A DNA stretch of 64,000 nucleotides from Catajapyx aquilonaris (GCA_000934665.2 JYFJ02000087.1:1-64000); one strand, 5' to 3'. Counted from the stretch's first letter, positions 49,032 to 64,000 are shown. Notes: generated by a model not told the origin, from the letters alone. A program made the numbers and translations.

Positions 49032-52000
49032 CTGCAATGGAAAATGTTTATTATTAGAAAACTACCCGCATTTTCATGACTGACGTGTGACACTCGTGGA
49101 ATTTTACATACAATCATCTTTGAAATAAGACCTTGCCAGTTAGTGAGTTGCAGGTGGTACTATGAACGAGCTATCTTTACTTTCAATTAACCTAGTTTGG
49201 CAGACCATGGAAGTATGTAGTACAGTAGGTCTACTGAGCATATCACATCGCCTGCTGTGTTACGCGGATTGATTGCAGTGAAAGTGGTGACACTTGATTG
49301 CAAGGTCATTTTCCAATGGAATATTATCGTTAATTAATACCCTACTGATAACCAAGTAAATACTATAGAATCACAGTTTAACATGGACATTGATAATATG
49401 GAATAATATTACAAGTCATGATGGTTGCATGCCCTGCTGGGAACAAATCTGTTGGGAACATTTTGTTGTCAGTATCGCGTGGCATAATTCCTCATTTACT
49501 TTGATGACGAGGTACGCTCATTGCTCAGTTCACATATACATCCGTGTATACCGCACGTCAAGCATGATGGCAGTGAGTTACATACATTGTCAGAAAAGTC
49601 ATTAAATGTTCCAACAACATGTATAATTTCATGACAGTAGCGCGAGTCCGCGAATTTCAGCTGTACTGTACGAGGAGAAGCGTGGGTATCGTACCAGCAG
49701 TGTGAGCCAAATGTTGAAACATGCTGCATATTATACAGCAACTTTTCCTTTCTCTATTGGCATGAAATATTTTTGCAATGTTGTCAACAACATCAACAAA
49801 TGCCATCAAACTCCGAGCCGCCCCTCTAATGTAAGTATGTCATTATTTTTATGCAATTTGGGTGCTATTCTACACTACACTGTCGCGAAGGAAAAATGCG
49901 CTCATAAATCGCAGTTAGTGTAATTCCACGATTACTTTCTCCACTGGGCTCACACTCTTGGCGCCGAAATGGATGAGCACATCATTATCACCGTAAATGC
50001 CCAAAGCCTTACAAAGACGATATTAGAGTGGAACCAGGATTATTCCACCAGCATGTGCAGCAGGCGGAATTACCGCCACCTCACTTTCCCTGTTCCCCGA
50101 TGCACGCATCAGCTGGCAGCAAGGTGTTGGTTCAAACTTTTTTTTAAAAAAAGAGACTCATGTAATTATTCAGATTGATTACTCCAAGTACTCGGAGCAA
50201 GAATAACCATCACGAATTCATGCTAAGCCGAACTCATTATCCTCAGGTCATAGGAGGTACATGTAGACTCCAAAAATTTTCTCAAACATTCTCCGGCAGC
50301 ACTCAGAACTCTTAATTTGCCGTCACTCAAAAGCACATCTTTCCTCCAGCCGTTTAGTTCACCTCTCAAATACTATTAGCAGAAGTTAAACATAATGATG
50401 AGCTTATTCTTCCCCCACAAACTTCATCAACATATACCGAGCATAAATCCTTCCTCAACCATTGGCTCCTGACTACCCCTCTCCACAACCCTTGCCTTGA
50501 AAAGCATGGCCTGAAAAGTTAAGACCAACTTGCGTTAATCGCTTTTAGGGAGGGAATGAAATAACCCTTCGCAGTCTTAGTCTTCCAACGTAGGGTCTAC
50601 AGGAAACTATATGAGAAAGGCCAACACTAATCATGCCTGACACCATCTATGGTCGACCTCTTTTGCATAACTGCGGCAGGAAATTAAGTGCGAATCCGCC
50701 CAAGTTTTCGCGACAAAAGGGGGGTCTCGGGCAGTTTTTGCCAAAGCTCAGGGATTTTCCAGAGGATAAAAAAGAACTGATAATCAATAGGGCAAAGGAG
50801 TTTCTACCCATAAGTTGGGGCCGTTGGGCAGGTGCAACCAACGCCGAAATCTTTAGCGATTCGCAATGAGTTGCAGCCAGTGCAATTCAGACAAATTGTT
50901 TTGCTGTTTCGTGCTGGAAGCTGTTAAACCAGAGGATGATAAATTCTCAGGTGCGAAAATAACCAACAGTTAGTGTTGCACTTTATACTTCGGACCTTGC
51001 CTTTTATTTGTAGCAATAGCTACGCTTTAAATTATAACACATGCATATCTAGGTGACCTCCTTCCTTGATCATCATTTGTTGAAATATAGTGTCGTATCC
51101 TTTCAAATAATATTAGAAACATCAGTTTCATATCACAAATGTAAATTAAAATCAACAATGTGCCACTTAAAATTTGTGCCTCGTCTATACCATAACAATA
51201 AAAATAGACTCAATATCTGCATTTTCCCATTGCTTCCTTCTGCAGTTATGAAACGGCTCAACGGAATTGAAAAGTAGTAAACATTTCTCTTTTGCAATTG
51301 TATATTTGCTTCCTACAGAGACCTACAGTATGATGTACTTTCTTCCAGCAAAAAATTGTAGCCAAGGCAAAATTTGATTTCTGCAACCTCCCTGCACCTT
51401 ACCTTCAGGCAGATATGCATCATATTTCCTTAATACATATTAAATATCGCGAACCTTGATCAATTTCATACGCAACAAAGGAACCCTATAATGCGAAACT
51501 AAACACGTGGCCTCCTTTACGTGCCCATGAGAAAATATCAAATAATTACAGACCGGTTCAGCTATCAGAAAGATAAGGGCTCTAAAAAAATCAATAGTGT
51601 GTGTTCAGATTGGAACAACTTTGCTCACATATCTACACACATCTTTCCAGTTATTAACTCCCTGTCTCACATGGCAGTTATAAATTCCTACATAAAATAC
51701 CGCAAAAGGTGCAAGATTCGGCCTGGGTCATTCATTTTCACCGGCCAGAAAAACACGCCGTGATCTAATGGCGGGCAAGAAACGGGGCGAGCCTTGTGCC
51801 GTCACACGGATCGGACACGCAATCAATCAAAAGTCCAAAGGAAGTAAGGGTGGGCCCCCAGACGGAGGCAGAAAAGAAACCCCGAGGGTCAGAGAGCAAA
51901 CATCCAACCCCACCAACCCTCTGATTTCACAATCGATGCTCGACTTTCTCTGTACAACATGGACCTTCAGCATCAATTTCAACAATTTAAAGTTTGCGGC

Positions 52001-52867
52001 ACATGACCAATTTCGGTGCACTACACCACCAGGCACAGACTTTGTAACGAAAAGGGGCAAAATCTAATGAAGTTGTAATCAAGTACTGCATTAATCCACC
52101 TTCAGCAATAATGAAATGGAAGCCTCGTCTGTTTCATCCCTCCCAGCAATCTAATAGAAAAGTTAGAATCATCTTGGGGTCCCCTAGCAAGTCCTACCTT
52201 TTTTTTCTTCTTCATTCCTTTCCCTCTCCAAAAGGGCTTCCCATTCCTAATCAAAGCCATTATTTGCGGGGATTCAATTTGCCCACCGGAGATATGGGGC
52301 TGCCCGGATTGAGTTGCTTCCCCCTCCTATTTAGAAGGGAAAAAAATGAGTTCCTAAAAACAACCTTGCTGGTATATTAAATTTGGTGGTTTAATATTAA
52401 TGCCTGCACCATGTAGGCCTATATAGATCTGGTATAGACTAACTGAAATTATGCGTTCGCTGCTCTTGCTGCTTTTTTTTAAATTGCAAATTTCGGTTAT
52501 AAATTCATATTTATATTGTATTATTAATTTGAAATGATCAGTACGGTAGTGAGTAACCGAATAATATATACGGTAAAGCCAGTTCATATCCAACACGCCC
52601 GCCACCTAGTGAGAGAACACCCAAGCCCACAGGATTGATCGGGCTTGGGGAGCGTACGAAGCTGCCATGTTGCGGAAGATTCAGAAAGCATTTTCGCACA
52701 CGTGTTGTAGTCCCGCGAACTTTTATAGGGAACATTATAAAAATTAATCGTGCGCTTTATGGGCTATCTAATTGTCTCCCGAGTTAACTATGGCAGGTGC
52801 TGCGTAATATTAATTACGCTATTAACCTCGTTTCTAGGAGGTGGTAGTCCAACTGTATGTGACAGTA

Positions 52868-52930
52868 TACAGTGTGACCTGTCTGTAACGGAACCTGGAT
52901 TTAGCGGAAATCTGCCCGTTACAGAACAGT
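52868..52930. mobile_element. Isolated Tc1/mariner-pogo-like MITE end
   Basis: ta|cagtgtgacctgtctgtaacggaacctggatttagcggaaatctg has a TA-CAGTG terminus and reiterated cggaa-ctg motifs. No partner TIR was found. Confidence 0.35.
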
Positions 52931-55900
52931 GTATACCGTGGAATGCCTATACAGCTAGAGAAAATGCCCATTATTTACCACTGTCACAAAAATTAAAATT
53001 ATTCCAAGTTCCTAGCACATTCTGTGGCCATTTTAAATGCGAAAAATAGCATACGCAGAGAACAAGATAGGCTATATAAAAACTGAGCTTCTCTTTTCAT
53101 AAAATAATTATAGGAATAACTTAACTAATAGCGTGGTACACCCCCCATCACGGAAGCTGTAATTTGTATACGTCCACTCGCTATTACTCGACTTCACGAA
53201 ACTAATGTCCAATATTACGCGACTCAATTTCCGCAGACTCAGCAATTTTCCATCCGGTATCGCACATCGTGGCACATTAAACCGTTGCATATGCATGAAT
53301 ATACAGTCGAGTAACAGAGGGGGATGCTGGGGATTCTGGTGTAGGACCGCAAAGTTCCGGGCGTGCATGGACACATTGTGGTGTTCTTTGCGAACCTAAT
53401 AACCTGGGAACGTCAGTCGATTTGCGCTCCACAGACCGGCCAAAAGCATCATGCCAACTGAGACCGGGTGTGAAAATCCGCTGACGGATCAAAAAAAGGA
53501 GCCTTTGTTCTGGCCTAAATATGTGTTTGCACAAGTGGAAGGTCGAAGGTGTGTGAACTTGCGGGTACAACACAAAGCAAAGGATTAATTATCAATTAAT
53601 GCCGCCATACTGAGCTCGTTTGACGTCACGTGGCTCCATCAGCTTATAACCATGTAGAAGAAATTCCGTGGCAAATTCTAATATAATAAATATCAATATA
53701 TTTGAAAAAAAAACATCGGCATCATTGTTTTTCAAAATGCCTACACGCATGCTCGTATACATGCAATCATTTAAGGTAAATCGTTAGAAAGTGCAATTTA
53801 ATTTCCGAATTGCTCCCAAGTCGTCCTTTGCAAAACCGTGCAAATGAAATCCCCTGATTTCAATCAGCACGGTCCTGACTCGAAATAGAGCGAAACATAT
53901 AATTCCCTCCGAAACATTCCCAAGAATTCCTGTGGTTCCAGCCGCATTAAGACAGAACAGGATGGCCATAGTTTCGAAACTGGCACAATCCTGGAGTCCT
54001 ATACTGGTTGGGTATATGGAGCAGACACTGTTGTACTGCTGTACCATATATAGGTTCTCATTGATCCCCGGGTCCACAGTCCCGAAATGACCAGCAATGT
54101 TAACCGCAGCTACTCGCGGCCAAATTTCTCTCACTGCGCCCATCAGGACCGGACCTGGCACACTTTTCTTGGTTGAATCTCATACCATTTTAGCATGATG
54201 CCAGGCACGTCGCCAGCTCTCATTGCGAGTCAGGCAATGAAAGGTTGATAATGAGGGAAATTAGCCAGGTTTTTATAGCCGACAGGTGATGCGGGGAAGG
54301 ATGGACACCAGATAAATGTCCCATCGTGACAGACGGATGGATTTGTTGCTCTCCAGCTGTGAGAGACGCGGTGTAAAATATGAGTCGGCCAACTCCACAA
54401 CAGTCTGACAGATAACCCTAGCTGCTGCTTAGCACTCCAGACTAATAATGCCCTTTCCAACAATCACTCACCCGTTTCGCCTCCGACCCCCTATCTTCCA
54501 ATAATGGCACTACTGGCACTGGATCAAGGTTGGCCAAGAAACGGTAATGGAAATAGTGTGTTTGGCAGACATTGCAACTCCAGCTAGCTTCTGGCGAAAA
54601 CAATTTTATAAAATGAAACAGTGCCTCGGGAACAGTCATCTCGTGTATGATTAAGAAGGTAGGCGTGAGCACCGCGCATTTCTCAAAGGCCGCATTAGGC
54701 CAAATGAGAAGCGCTTATAATGTGCTTAAATAGAGGCCCCTCTTTTTCCTACTCAGCTTTTGCACGCTTTTGCCTAGGGAGCACGAATCGTTGAAAGGAC
54801 ACTAGATAATCCGCTAAACGTACGGATATCATCGCCGCATGGCCTCCTATATCAAACGTGAAAACCGCTTGAATTTTGCAGCGGCTCATCCGGTAATGAA
54901 GCGGTGGAGGGTACCAACTTTTAAAGGAAGAATAATTCAGTTTTTTGTAGGAAAGGGCATAGGATCAATATGAGAGGACACCTCCAGCAGCAATGATTTC
55001 CGTTTCATTTCTTTCCATCTTGGAAAAAAGAGGGCATAGTCCTCAGGGACGGAACGAAAATCGGCTTTTCTGCCACGAGGATATGGGATTCGACTTTTTT
55101 TTTCTATAGAGAGAGACCTGCTTCTTTTCCTCTTCATGTACTTTCTGCTGTGGAATGACTCGAAAGTGCAAATGCTTAGGTTCGAATCGGTGGAAATGGG
55201 TGAATATTCATGAGGCGAGGAAGGCAGAGGGCAGCTGCTGGGTTGGAGATGAATCCGGTTCAAATGGTGGAACCTGGGACGTGATCTATGGCCGGACAAC
55301 CAGGATTTATTGCCTCTTGCCGATTCAGGCGGCCCCTGGATTCCTTTGAATTTGCAGATCAATCCAGGGCTTGTCTGCATTGGAGCCGGGGTATAATTAC
55401 GTGCAGATATGCAAAGAGAAAGTGGCGTAGCCTGAGGGAGTTGGGTTGAGTCAACACTGCGCTTCAGTGGCTACTGTACTTCATGACAAGTGTTTACAAT
55501 CCTGTAGTGGAAAACAATCGGAATAACAACTTGAACAAAGTTGAGCAAACAGGTTCGTAGCATTATGAAGGCCACTAAGAGCTACCGTTGATCACTTTTC
55601 ATCTTCAAAACAATGGGGCTGTCCTGGGTTCAAGGGAGGCCTGTTACCAATAAATCCTGCCTCAAAGTGCTCATAATGTGTAACAATATTTACCAGCTGA
55701 AGCGCCTTGTTTACTGCTGATGACATCCATCAAAATTTTTCAATTTCCTGCAGATATCATGAACTCAGTGAATAGTGCCAGCGAAATGTATGTAATGGAC
55801 TTGTCGTTCATTTCCAACTATTCCTACACTGTTTGTAGTACCTTTTCCTTCATCAGCGTTTAAAAAGCATCCGGATCGCATAAACTTCGCAGCCCCGAAC

Positions 55901-58900
55901 TCCTCTATACAAAACTCGTTTCGGGGTCGTACTTTCCCTTTGAACTGATGCCATGAATTCTGGTACAATCGAGAGTGGAGTCATCATGATTGAGCATCTC
56001 GTCTTATAGTCCCCGTCGGCATTGGCCCCACAAGCATAAATCCCACTTGTCAACTGCATGCAGAACAGTAAAGGCGCACAAGGACCGCTGATTTTTTTAT
56101 ATATTATTTTTTTGAAAAGCAAAGAGAGCAGTTTGAGTCTCTTTGGCGAAGACAAATTTTTGGGTCTGGATCGGAGGCGCCGCCACGATTTTCGGAAGAA
56201 GAAGCTGCCGCTTCGATCATGTCCAAAACCGGCAGCATATGAATAGCAAAAGACCAGGGCTGCACGTTTCTCTCTGCTAGTTCTGCGACCCAGCATCGTC
56301 CATAGAATCGGACCTGGAAAAATACCATTGATGTATCGCTGCAGAGGAGTTTGGCGCCTGGCCCCTCTGCGAATGGGCCCCCATTCGCTCCAGACCATTG
56401 TATAAATGCACAGTAAAAGGAGAAAAAAATAATAATAAAAAAGGAGGAGGGTTGGACACTTGTGTGTCCCTCAAGGAAATTCTAGGGCTTGGGAGGATCA
56501 GGGTGCAGTTTTCATAAATTATGAGTTTACTGCATATGAATTTGCCCCTGGGCATGACCCCAATGAGGTGAATTTAGTTGCAAAATAGATTTTACCTGAT
56601 GTCTTTATCGGAATTGAATTGGCACAGTACAGTGCTTATCGACCCTCTCCTGTAACTAGTAGGCCCAAGGTAAATCCAATGACCGATTTTTTTTTTCAAC
56701 AACAGAGGATCGTAATGCCTAGCTGATGTTGCATGTGTAAGTAAATTAGTAAAAAAATTCTTAATCTGTTTGCACAACTTATACAATCAATCTTCTCACA
56801 TGAACAATATTCCCAAGCCCTTAAAATATAACTTGTGGAAAGTACTGAGTTTCCTGCGAGGTTTCCTGCTGATTTTGCTGGCAGAGGGTATACTATATTC
56901 ACGTGTTCCAGATAATTTTCATGCAGAACGCCGACGCTAGCATATGCTAAAATGCGGCGAAATTCAATTACTCGGCTGGAGAAAATGAAATAAAGCAACA
57001 TTATGCATCTGCATTGTATGGACTTATCGTCAAAAGATGAACTTTATTTGTTGTACAAATTCTAAGGCAATGCGCAAGTATGCTTATTACTTATGAGTTA
57101 TGACTAATGTTTCGGATGTAATCTAAATTATTTCAGGCTCTTATTCCGCTGACAATAGGACCACAGTGCTTTTGGATGAACTGTCTCTCAAAGCTGACTC
57201 AATAATGGAATTCTTAGGCCCGGCTGCACAGCCTCCAGGAAAATTTTGCGGCTGGAGAGAAGTTTGTTATTCCTGGTTGACAACGTCATTGACAATAATA
57301 ACAAAACTTTCTGGCTCTTTTTCCAGCAAATAAATTCCTGGAGGCAAAGCAACCGAAATTTGATATCATTTCTGTCGATTTGATTAATTACTTTTAAACT
57401 ATAAAATTGGCAAGAATATTGCCCTATACGTGTCAATAACTTATCAATTAAAAGGAGTATTGAGTCCGAAGGAGTGGGTGCTATCTGCTATGTCAAGTAT
57501 AGGAAGAATGAAACCCAATTAGAAACCCTGCTGTCCGATTGCATTGCCTCCAAATGACATTTTTCATCTGTAAAACCAGAACAACCAATGGACAACAAAC
57601 ATTTTTCCTGCTTGAAAATGTTTCCTGAAGGTGGTGCAACCAGACCTTAGAAAGTGCATGGTGATAGACCGACCATTCTAAAGATGTTATTGATTGTTTA
57701 CCTCAGAAACCACCCTCAAGAGAACAACCACCAGAAGTCAAATATAACGGCACTTGCCTTGATAGTTGCTTCTATGTAAACTGATTTATGGAACAAAATA
57801 ATATTCCATAAATCCTGTACCTGCTCCCCTCTTGAACTATAGGGGCTGGGCTGTGCACCCACTCTGCTTAATGAAAAGCCTTTATCTATAATATGGAGGT
57901 ATCAAATAAGTTAGTTACACCAAGTTTACTGAATAGGACAAAAGCGCTTTTAGCACATTCAGAAAAGGCACATTAAATATGAACCCCACATCTCTAATAT
58001 CAAACTAATACAAACCTTTCAGGCACTGTGCTCATCATAAGGTGCACCTTCCAGAATTGATTATTACAGCAGCGTCCACTATACAAAAGCAGTGTGTTGA
58101 TGTTAGATGTAGGCGACTGTATTGTTGGAACCGGAACTAAACTGGTAATAAATTCATAAGGAAGCGGGAAAATGTGCAAGGGATGCTGCGCTGACTGAAC
58201 TATATAACAAGGCCGTGTAACTTGCAATCTTAAGTTAATTATAACCTCCTTCTATACCCCCGGGACGTACCATACGTACAATATACGACCTTACAGATGC
58301 ACTACTATGCACTGTATACAGTAAAGAATAAAGTACAGACGTACAGACATGAACAGCTGTAAAAGCACGATTCACGTTATGCTGAGATGTATTGTTACAG
58401 GCCAGGTGAATATTTATGAGGCATGCTTATAATTGCCTCGCGTAAATTATTATTAAAATCAGTATTGCTTCTTTCAACAGAACTGTACAATTCATCATAT
58501 GCAATTTGCAATTGTACATTATTTTCATTTTCACTCGAATTAATGCTTTCAGGCTGTAAAATACGAGCCACCTCAATGAACACACCACCAGGCCGTTTAT
58601 TTGCTGAAAAGTGGACTGACAACAACGCACACATTGGCCACAAGCTCTCCTACCTCCTTCAATTAAAGCACCGCCAGCCAACTGTGTATAGCAAATGTAC
58701 CAAGTTTGTATGCAGTGCATTAAACATGGAGTAGTGCCCTAAAACTGTGTGCTGCATAACCTTTAGAAACTGTCGCGATTTAAAGCCTTGAGGTTCACCC
58801 AGTTTCATAACTCTTGAAAAGGCTGCAGGCCTACATGTGAAGCACGTACGAAAAGTTCATCCCGTACTTCTCCTTACATGTACTTAATACAGGCCTAAAA

Positions 58901-61900
58901 AAATTACATGTGACACAATGCATCAAACACACGCCATAAAAAGTCTAATTATGCACCATTCACTTCGATGTGATTACGCGTAAGCATACTTAAAGACCTG
59001 CATCGACTCAGTGACGGCAAGAAATATTTACATTCTAGTCGAGTGACTTAAATTGTTTTATATCGCAGAGATAAGACCATTTACATGGCTCGTCGTGGCC
59101 CTTAAAGTGACAGCACGCGGAGGCAGACAAATTCAAACGACAAGATTGAAAAATTCCCGTCCCTCTTTTGTGGTCGTTTGTCTTCAGTGCAAGTCTCAAA
59201 GGTGCAGAAAATTTTATCGTCGCGCTTTTTGAGCCACGGTGCTCATCATTTCTCGCATAAAAATTTCGCACGAACTGGGAACCATCGTTGATCCAAACTT
59301 TGCAAAACTCGTCCTAGAAGTGTTCCCCTAGGCAAATTTATTCTCCAAATGATTTTCCGTGTAAAGTGCAGCCATCCCCCCCGAAGAATGGAACTTGCAA
59401 GTAGTAGTAGACTCGGTGCTGTTCTCTCCAAACCAGCCAGCCGCCAAAACAAGTGTGCGAAATAATTTTGTGCAAATTTGCGCCGACACCCTAGGCCCCA
59501 CGGCGGGAAATATTTTCTACACCCCGAAACTTTCCCCAAGAATCGTCTGGCTTTCTCTTGCGGCGCAACTTGGGCTTGTACGTTATTTTGATTATTATTT
59601 TTTGTGGTCTCCACATAACTGCACCCGTAAAACTTACGAGGAGCGAGCCGTCCGGGACACCCATATATTCTCGGATCTTTGTTCCGTACGCTCGGACAAA
59701 AATCCCGAAGTGCTTTTAAAACTAAGCGCGCAATTTCACTTCCTATGCATACCAACGTAGTTCGCTCGCAAAAAAAAAAAAAAAAAATCTGCGCTCTCCC
59801 TGAATTTTCAAGCGTGAAATATTGACAGCGCTCTATGCCCATTTGCCCTAAAAGTTTGTCACAAGTGCACGTAAGTAGCTGCAGCGCAAGATGTCAAGCG
59901 CTCGTAATATTGCATTTGCATATTTGGCACCAAATGTGCTCTCCGTCCTGAATAGGACCCATTGTTTGCAAAAAGGTCCCTGGAATATATTTTTTTGTTG
60001 CCACGGGCAGAAAAGGGAAAGAGGAGTTGATTCCGGTAACAAAGTTGGTTTAGAGGCATTGACATGCTCGAGGGCTGCCATAGCAATCCAATTGTGACAA
60101 TGTCGCGAGACGGGAGCCGCATACTCTGGTTGGGTTGGGGAGATGGGGGGTACACTTGCCAGACAACCAGGCGACCTTGTCTTACAGGACGACAAGCCAG
60201 ACAAACACTTTCCACAGATTTCTCTCTGTCTTGCTTCCTGGAAGCTGGTATGTCAGATCTGCCTTCCTTTAACCCCGTCTCTTTTCCCTCCACCCTTCAA
60301 CCGAGTCATCCCAACACTGCTTGGCCCCCAAGGAAGGAATTCTATTCCGACTCCTAGAGCTATACTATATACTACTATACATTCCAACGTGCTCCGTATA
60401 ATTTAGGTAGACATACACAGTGTGCATGCCACGACTGGAATGCTTGATACACCCCCTCCAAAATTCAATTACGGCTTGGACAAAATTGGCGAATAAATTA
60501 TTTGGTCGTAGTGCAACTACACTTGCACTTTCGCAAGTGCCCACAAATTGTTGAACTGTAGATTTTCGGGCGACAGTTTTCAATTCGATGCCCGTATTTA
60601 GTAAAATACCTTCAGCACATTGGCCACATTCCAAATGTCCCAGAATAACTCACGTCAATTGTAAGAGGTGTAATGTAACGTCGAATGGTAACATATAATC
60701 TGTGGGGAAAAAAAGTCCATCTCCATTGAATCGATGAAAGCCTGTCACTTTCGCCGCTGCAATTTGCAACTGGTCACACTTGCAAAATTTGCAAGTTATA
60801 CACTAATGCAAAATTTACACCCTTAATTTATGGAGGACCACGTGTCACCAACAATAAGCACAGCATTTTTTCCCGCTGCTATGTTACAACCTGACGCCCC
60901 TCCCTTAAAAAACCAATCTCTGACGCGCTTTTTTTATCCCTTCTATCGACATTTACCGGGACGCTGCGAATATCAAATAGCCACTACCCATCTCTCTTGA
61001 ACCAACCTTTTTTTTCTCTCTTAAGAACTCTTCTTCTTCCATCCAGTGGGCTCAATCGGGGAGGAAAAATGTTCGCTTATTTGAGAGGATAAAGGGAGAA
61101 GGCAATAGGAAGGGATTCCGTGCATGAAGCTAACGGAGATTGTCTTTATGCACAGGATCCAATATACTCCTTTTTTTCTACCCAAAATAAATCCCTCTTC
61201 ACATTTTCATTTTCAGAGGACAGTCCTTTCAACACGTACCAGTACAGTGGAGAATACCTTTTTGTCTCCATGTCCTATATCTAAAAAGCGGCAGGTCTTG
61301 GGATAAACATGAAGAGCCTTTTTTGTAGTAGAAAACTTTGACCCAAGTTGAAATCCAACAGTTCTGTTCAACTGGGCCCATGGTGAAACAAAAAAAAAAG
61401 TCATTTCAAATCGCAACTTCTTGTCGTCGAAACCCAGACACATGGCTGCACTCAAACAGTGAACTGCAGTTTCGAGAGAGAGCCCCTCTCTTTTCAGCAA
61501 AAACAAAAAATTTCGGTATCAACTTTTTGCCCTCTTTTGAAACGTATACACTGTATCAAGGAGACGATACTTTCGTAGCATCGAAATTGGCCAAAATGAC
61601 GCACTTTAGCTGCTCAGTAAGTGCGACCACTCATTTGAATAATTGCTTGCTATGTCCCTCTCACAGCAGGTTGGAGCGTTCCTTTACAACCCAGGCAATG
61701 TATAGCAATGAGTATGGAGCATACCACTCAATTTTCATCTGCCAAAATCATTCCCACAAAATTTACTTTCGGTGTTCACAAACTAACCGCGCTAGGCCAT
61801 AATAGTTGCTCTACTTTATCTATTTTTTTTCTATCTCAATCCAGAGGCAGCCGCTCTGAAGCCAAGAGTTTCCTATTAATCGCCGACAGAAGTTCAACTT

Positions 61901-64000
61901 TCCGGAACCGTAAAAGCACTTTAGCGCATTTGTAGAAACATATTGATTTTGAAACACCCCGTCCGTTTTAGCCCCCCCACCAATATGATAACGAGTTCAG
62001 AAATCAGTATAATTTCCATCCACACAAAGCATCACTGTAGGAGAAAATTTGAAAATTTCCCAAAACCAACAACCGAGGTTGATGATTCGCATCGGTCCGA
62101 CCAGAGAGACCTGGTATAATTTTAGTCCCCCCATTTTTGCATATACACAGCATCCACCGTATGTGTAATATCTGGACCCCCCTCTAAACCACGGGGACGA
62201 GAAAACACTGCGACCGCAGGATAAAATTTCCCTCGGGTGCAATCGATACTGAAGGGTTCAAAGGGCCGATAACCGTCCCAATATTTGCTCCTATTAATGA
62301 ATTCGCCCCAGCAGCACGTGCCAAGGCGGGAATCGCCCTCTAGGTATGTATACAAATCCCCAACATTTTATTCAGCACCCAAACCACACCCAACACTGAT
62401 TATTGACACAGTCCCCCTGGTATATCAAATTCTTCGTCCCAAGTGACACATCTGGATATTACCACGGGTCAATAATCACAAGCGGGCATCAAATGTGCCG
62501 CGTATGGGTTCAGGGTATATAATGCATTTAGGTCCATATTCGCATGCGCCGCTAACGACAATAACACCTGTCAGGTCAGGACGATGCGCCGACGGTATTT
62601 TCTTGTCAGATTCAGTGCGTCAGGTACGTGGCGTGAATACTTTCAAAGAGTAGGGGGGAAATTTATTTATCATTGCGCGGATAACAGCAATTACGCCATT
62701 ACGTATTCTGTATGCGAATATTCAAACTGGAAATCGACGCAAATGTGCGGAATTCCAAAAGATTTTTTTAAAGGCTGGAATTCCACATTCATCAGGTTCC
62801 TATTCATTTTTAAAATATAATAATTATATTTAGCATCCTCGTTATCCGCTGGTACCCCAGTTTTTTGGGGAAAAAGCTGTGATGAATATGATGATGATGA
62901 TTATACAACCTGTACACATATGGTAATCTCATTACTTTCGTATACAGTACATAATTTGCTTGTTGTCCGCGACTTTTCGCTACGCCTCTTCCCGCAACGG
63001 CGTTGCCAGTTATTCGCTAAGCATGATTCGAACAGTACAAATAGTTGCTAATAGTTTACCCAGGCATTTAGGGGTTCGCACAAATGACTGCTAATGATTA
63101 ATTTATGCAACCGCGACATAACCCTAGTAATAATTATCCAGTGGCACCAACTAAATGGCGCGAATGATTATTGTAATACGGCCAACTAAACTACGAGCCG
63201 CATCATCCGAATTACCTCTCGGATCGACTAACAGCCTACCAAATGAACATACGGATCAATATACAAATAAATACCACGCTTTCCGGATCGTATGTCGTTC
63301 AAAACCAGTTCACATTAGCTCGACACACATTACGTAACCTTTTGCTCTGCACGAACTCTTTTTTTGTGTGTACTGAAGATATGTATATAAGAACGGGTCT
63401 GGAAGATCGAGAGGTAAACAGCTGATGGTTTTCTGAGAGGGCGATGAGGTCAACGTACTGGTACCAAAGGGGTGTACCTTGCCTGCAAAAAGAGCCAGCA
63501 GTTTTTTTTTATCCACCTTCCGCGCTGCAAAACTCGGTTGCTTGGTATTCGGCGCGATCATGTCGCCACCAAGATTTATGTCCCGACAATGAGCACCTGA
63601 TTTATCGCTCCATTCTGACTGTCCAATTGCCCATTAGGACCATTCCCCCCGAATTTTTTTTAAACGCTATTTGCCAGCCCGCCCCTCTCGTTTTCTTGCA
63701 AACTCCCGTTTACAAACCCCTTGTCTCCATTAAGCCCTTCTGGAGTAATCCCTCATTGTGAATTGGGATGCTTCATAGATCAATACGAATGTGGACGGTC
63801 CGTTAAAATTTTTGCACCACAATAACTGGAGGTACAGCAATAATGCATGATGACAAGGCAGGGGGAGCTTCCTAACCGATATACAATGCAAACCTGTTAT
63901 GAATATTGAAGGAAATATTGCATGCAGATGACGTAAAAATTAACCGCGATGAAAGCCCCTTTTGTCAGCGGCATCGTTTTTGGGTCACCGATTCGATACG

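Noticed and set aside
55853..59842. 181-aa and 198-aa minus-strand ORFs
   Set aside because: Their composition looks random, they cross homopolymer runs, and they show no domain similarity or splice support.
60778..60796. 19-bp palindrome acttgcaaa-a-tttgcaagt
   Set aside because: It sits in locally repetitive tgcaaaattt sequence, and an arm this long is unsurprising in 64 kb.
55740..61260. Nested plus-strand gene suggested by acceptor-like sites (about 55753, 57137, 61216)
   Set aside because: I could not assemble phase-consistent exons or a recognisable protein.
6017..62320. Frequent CACGTG E-boxes (about 18)
   Set aside because: This is only modestly above the roughly 12 expected from base composition, and they are not clustered.

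Overview
Eukaryotic, probably arthropod, genomic DNA. The window is dominated by one minus-strand, intron-rich gene: a PTB + SH2 adaptor of the SH2D5 / EGFRAP (EGFR adapter protein) family. I reconstructed eight coding exons by hand, all with canonical GT-AG sites and consistent phases: 49031-48951, 31387-31313, 22676-22530, 5261-5004, 4220-3930, 3872-3466, 2514-2001 and 1935-1726. They total 1983 nt, or 660 aa plus stop; the start exon was not identified. The PTB domain is split over four exons by introns of 17.6, 8.6 and 17.3 kb, while the remaining exons fit in about 2.5 kb. A probable 3' UTR of about 1.6 kb contains a fold-back piggyBac-type MITE. The most interesting signals suggest an internal isoform-switching architecture. 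These are a 20-nt exon (14730-14749) that would start a PTB-less isoform but poison the full-length one, candidate internal promoters at about 17658 and 13867, and a DRE-motif minisatellite next to CCAAT boxes at 4770-4990. All of these are sequence-based inferences that need transcript data. I saw no prokaryotic genes, CRISPR arrays, tRNA or rRNA, and nearly all other ORFs in the track look spurious.
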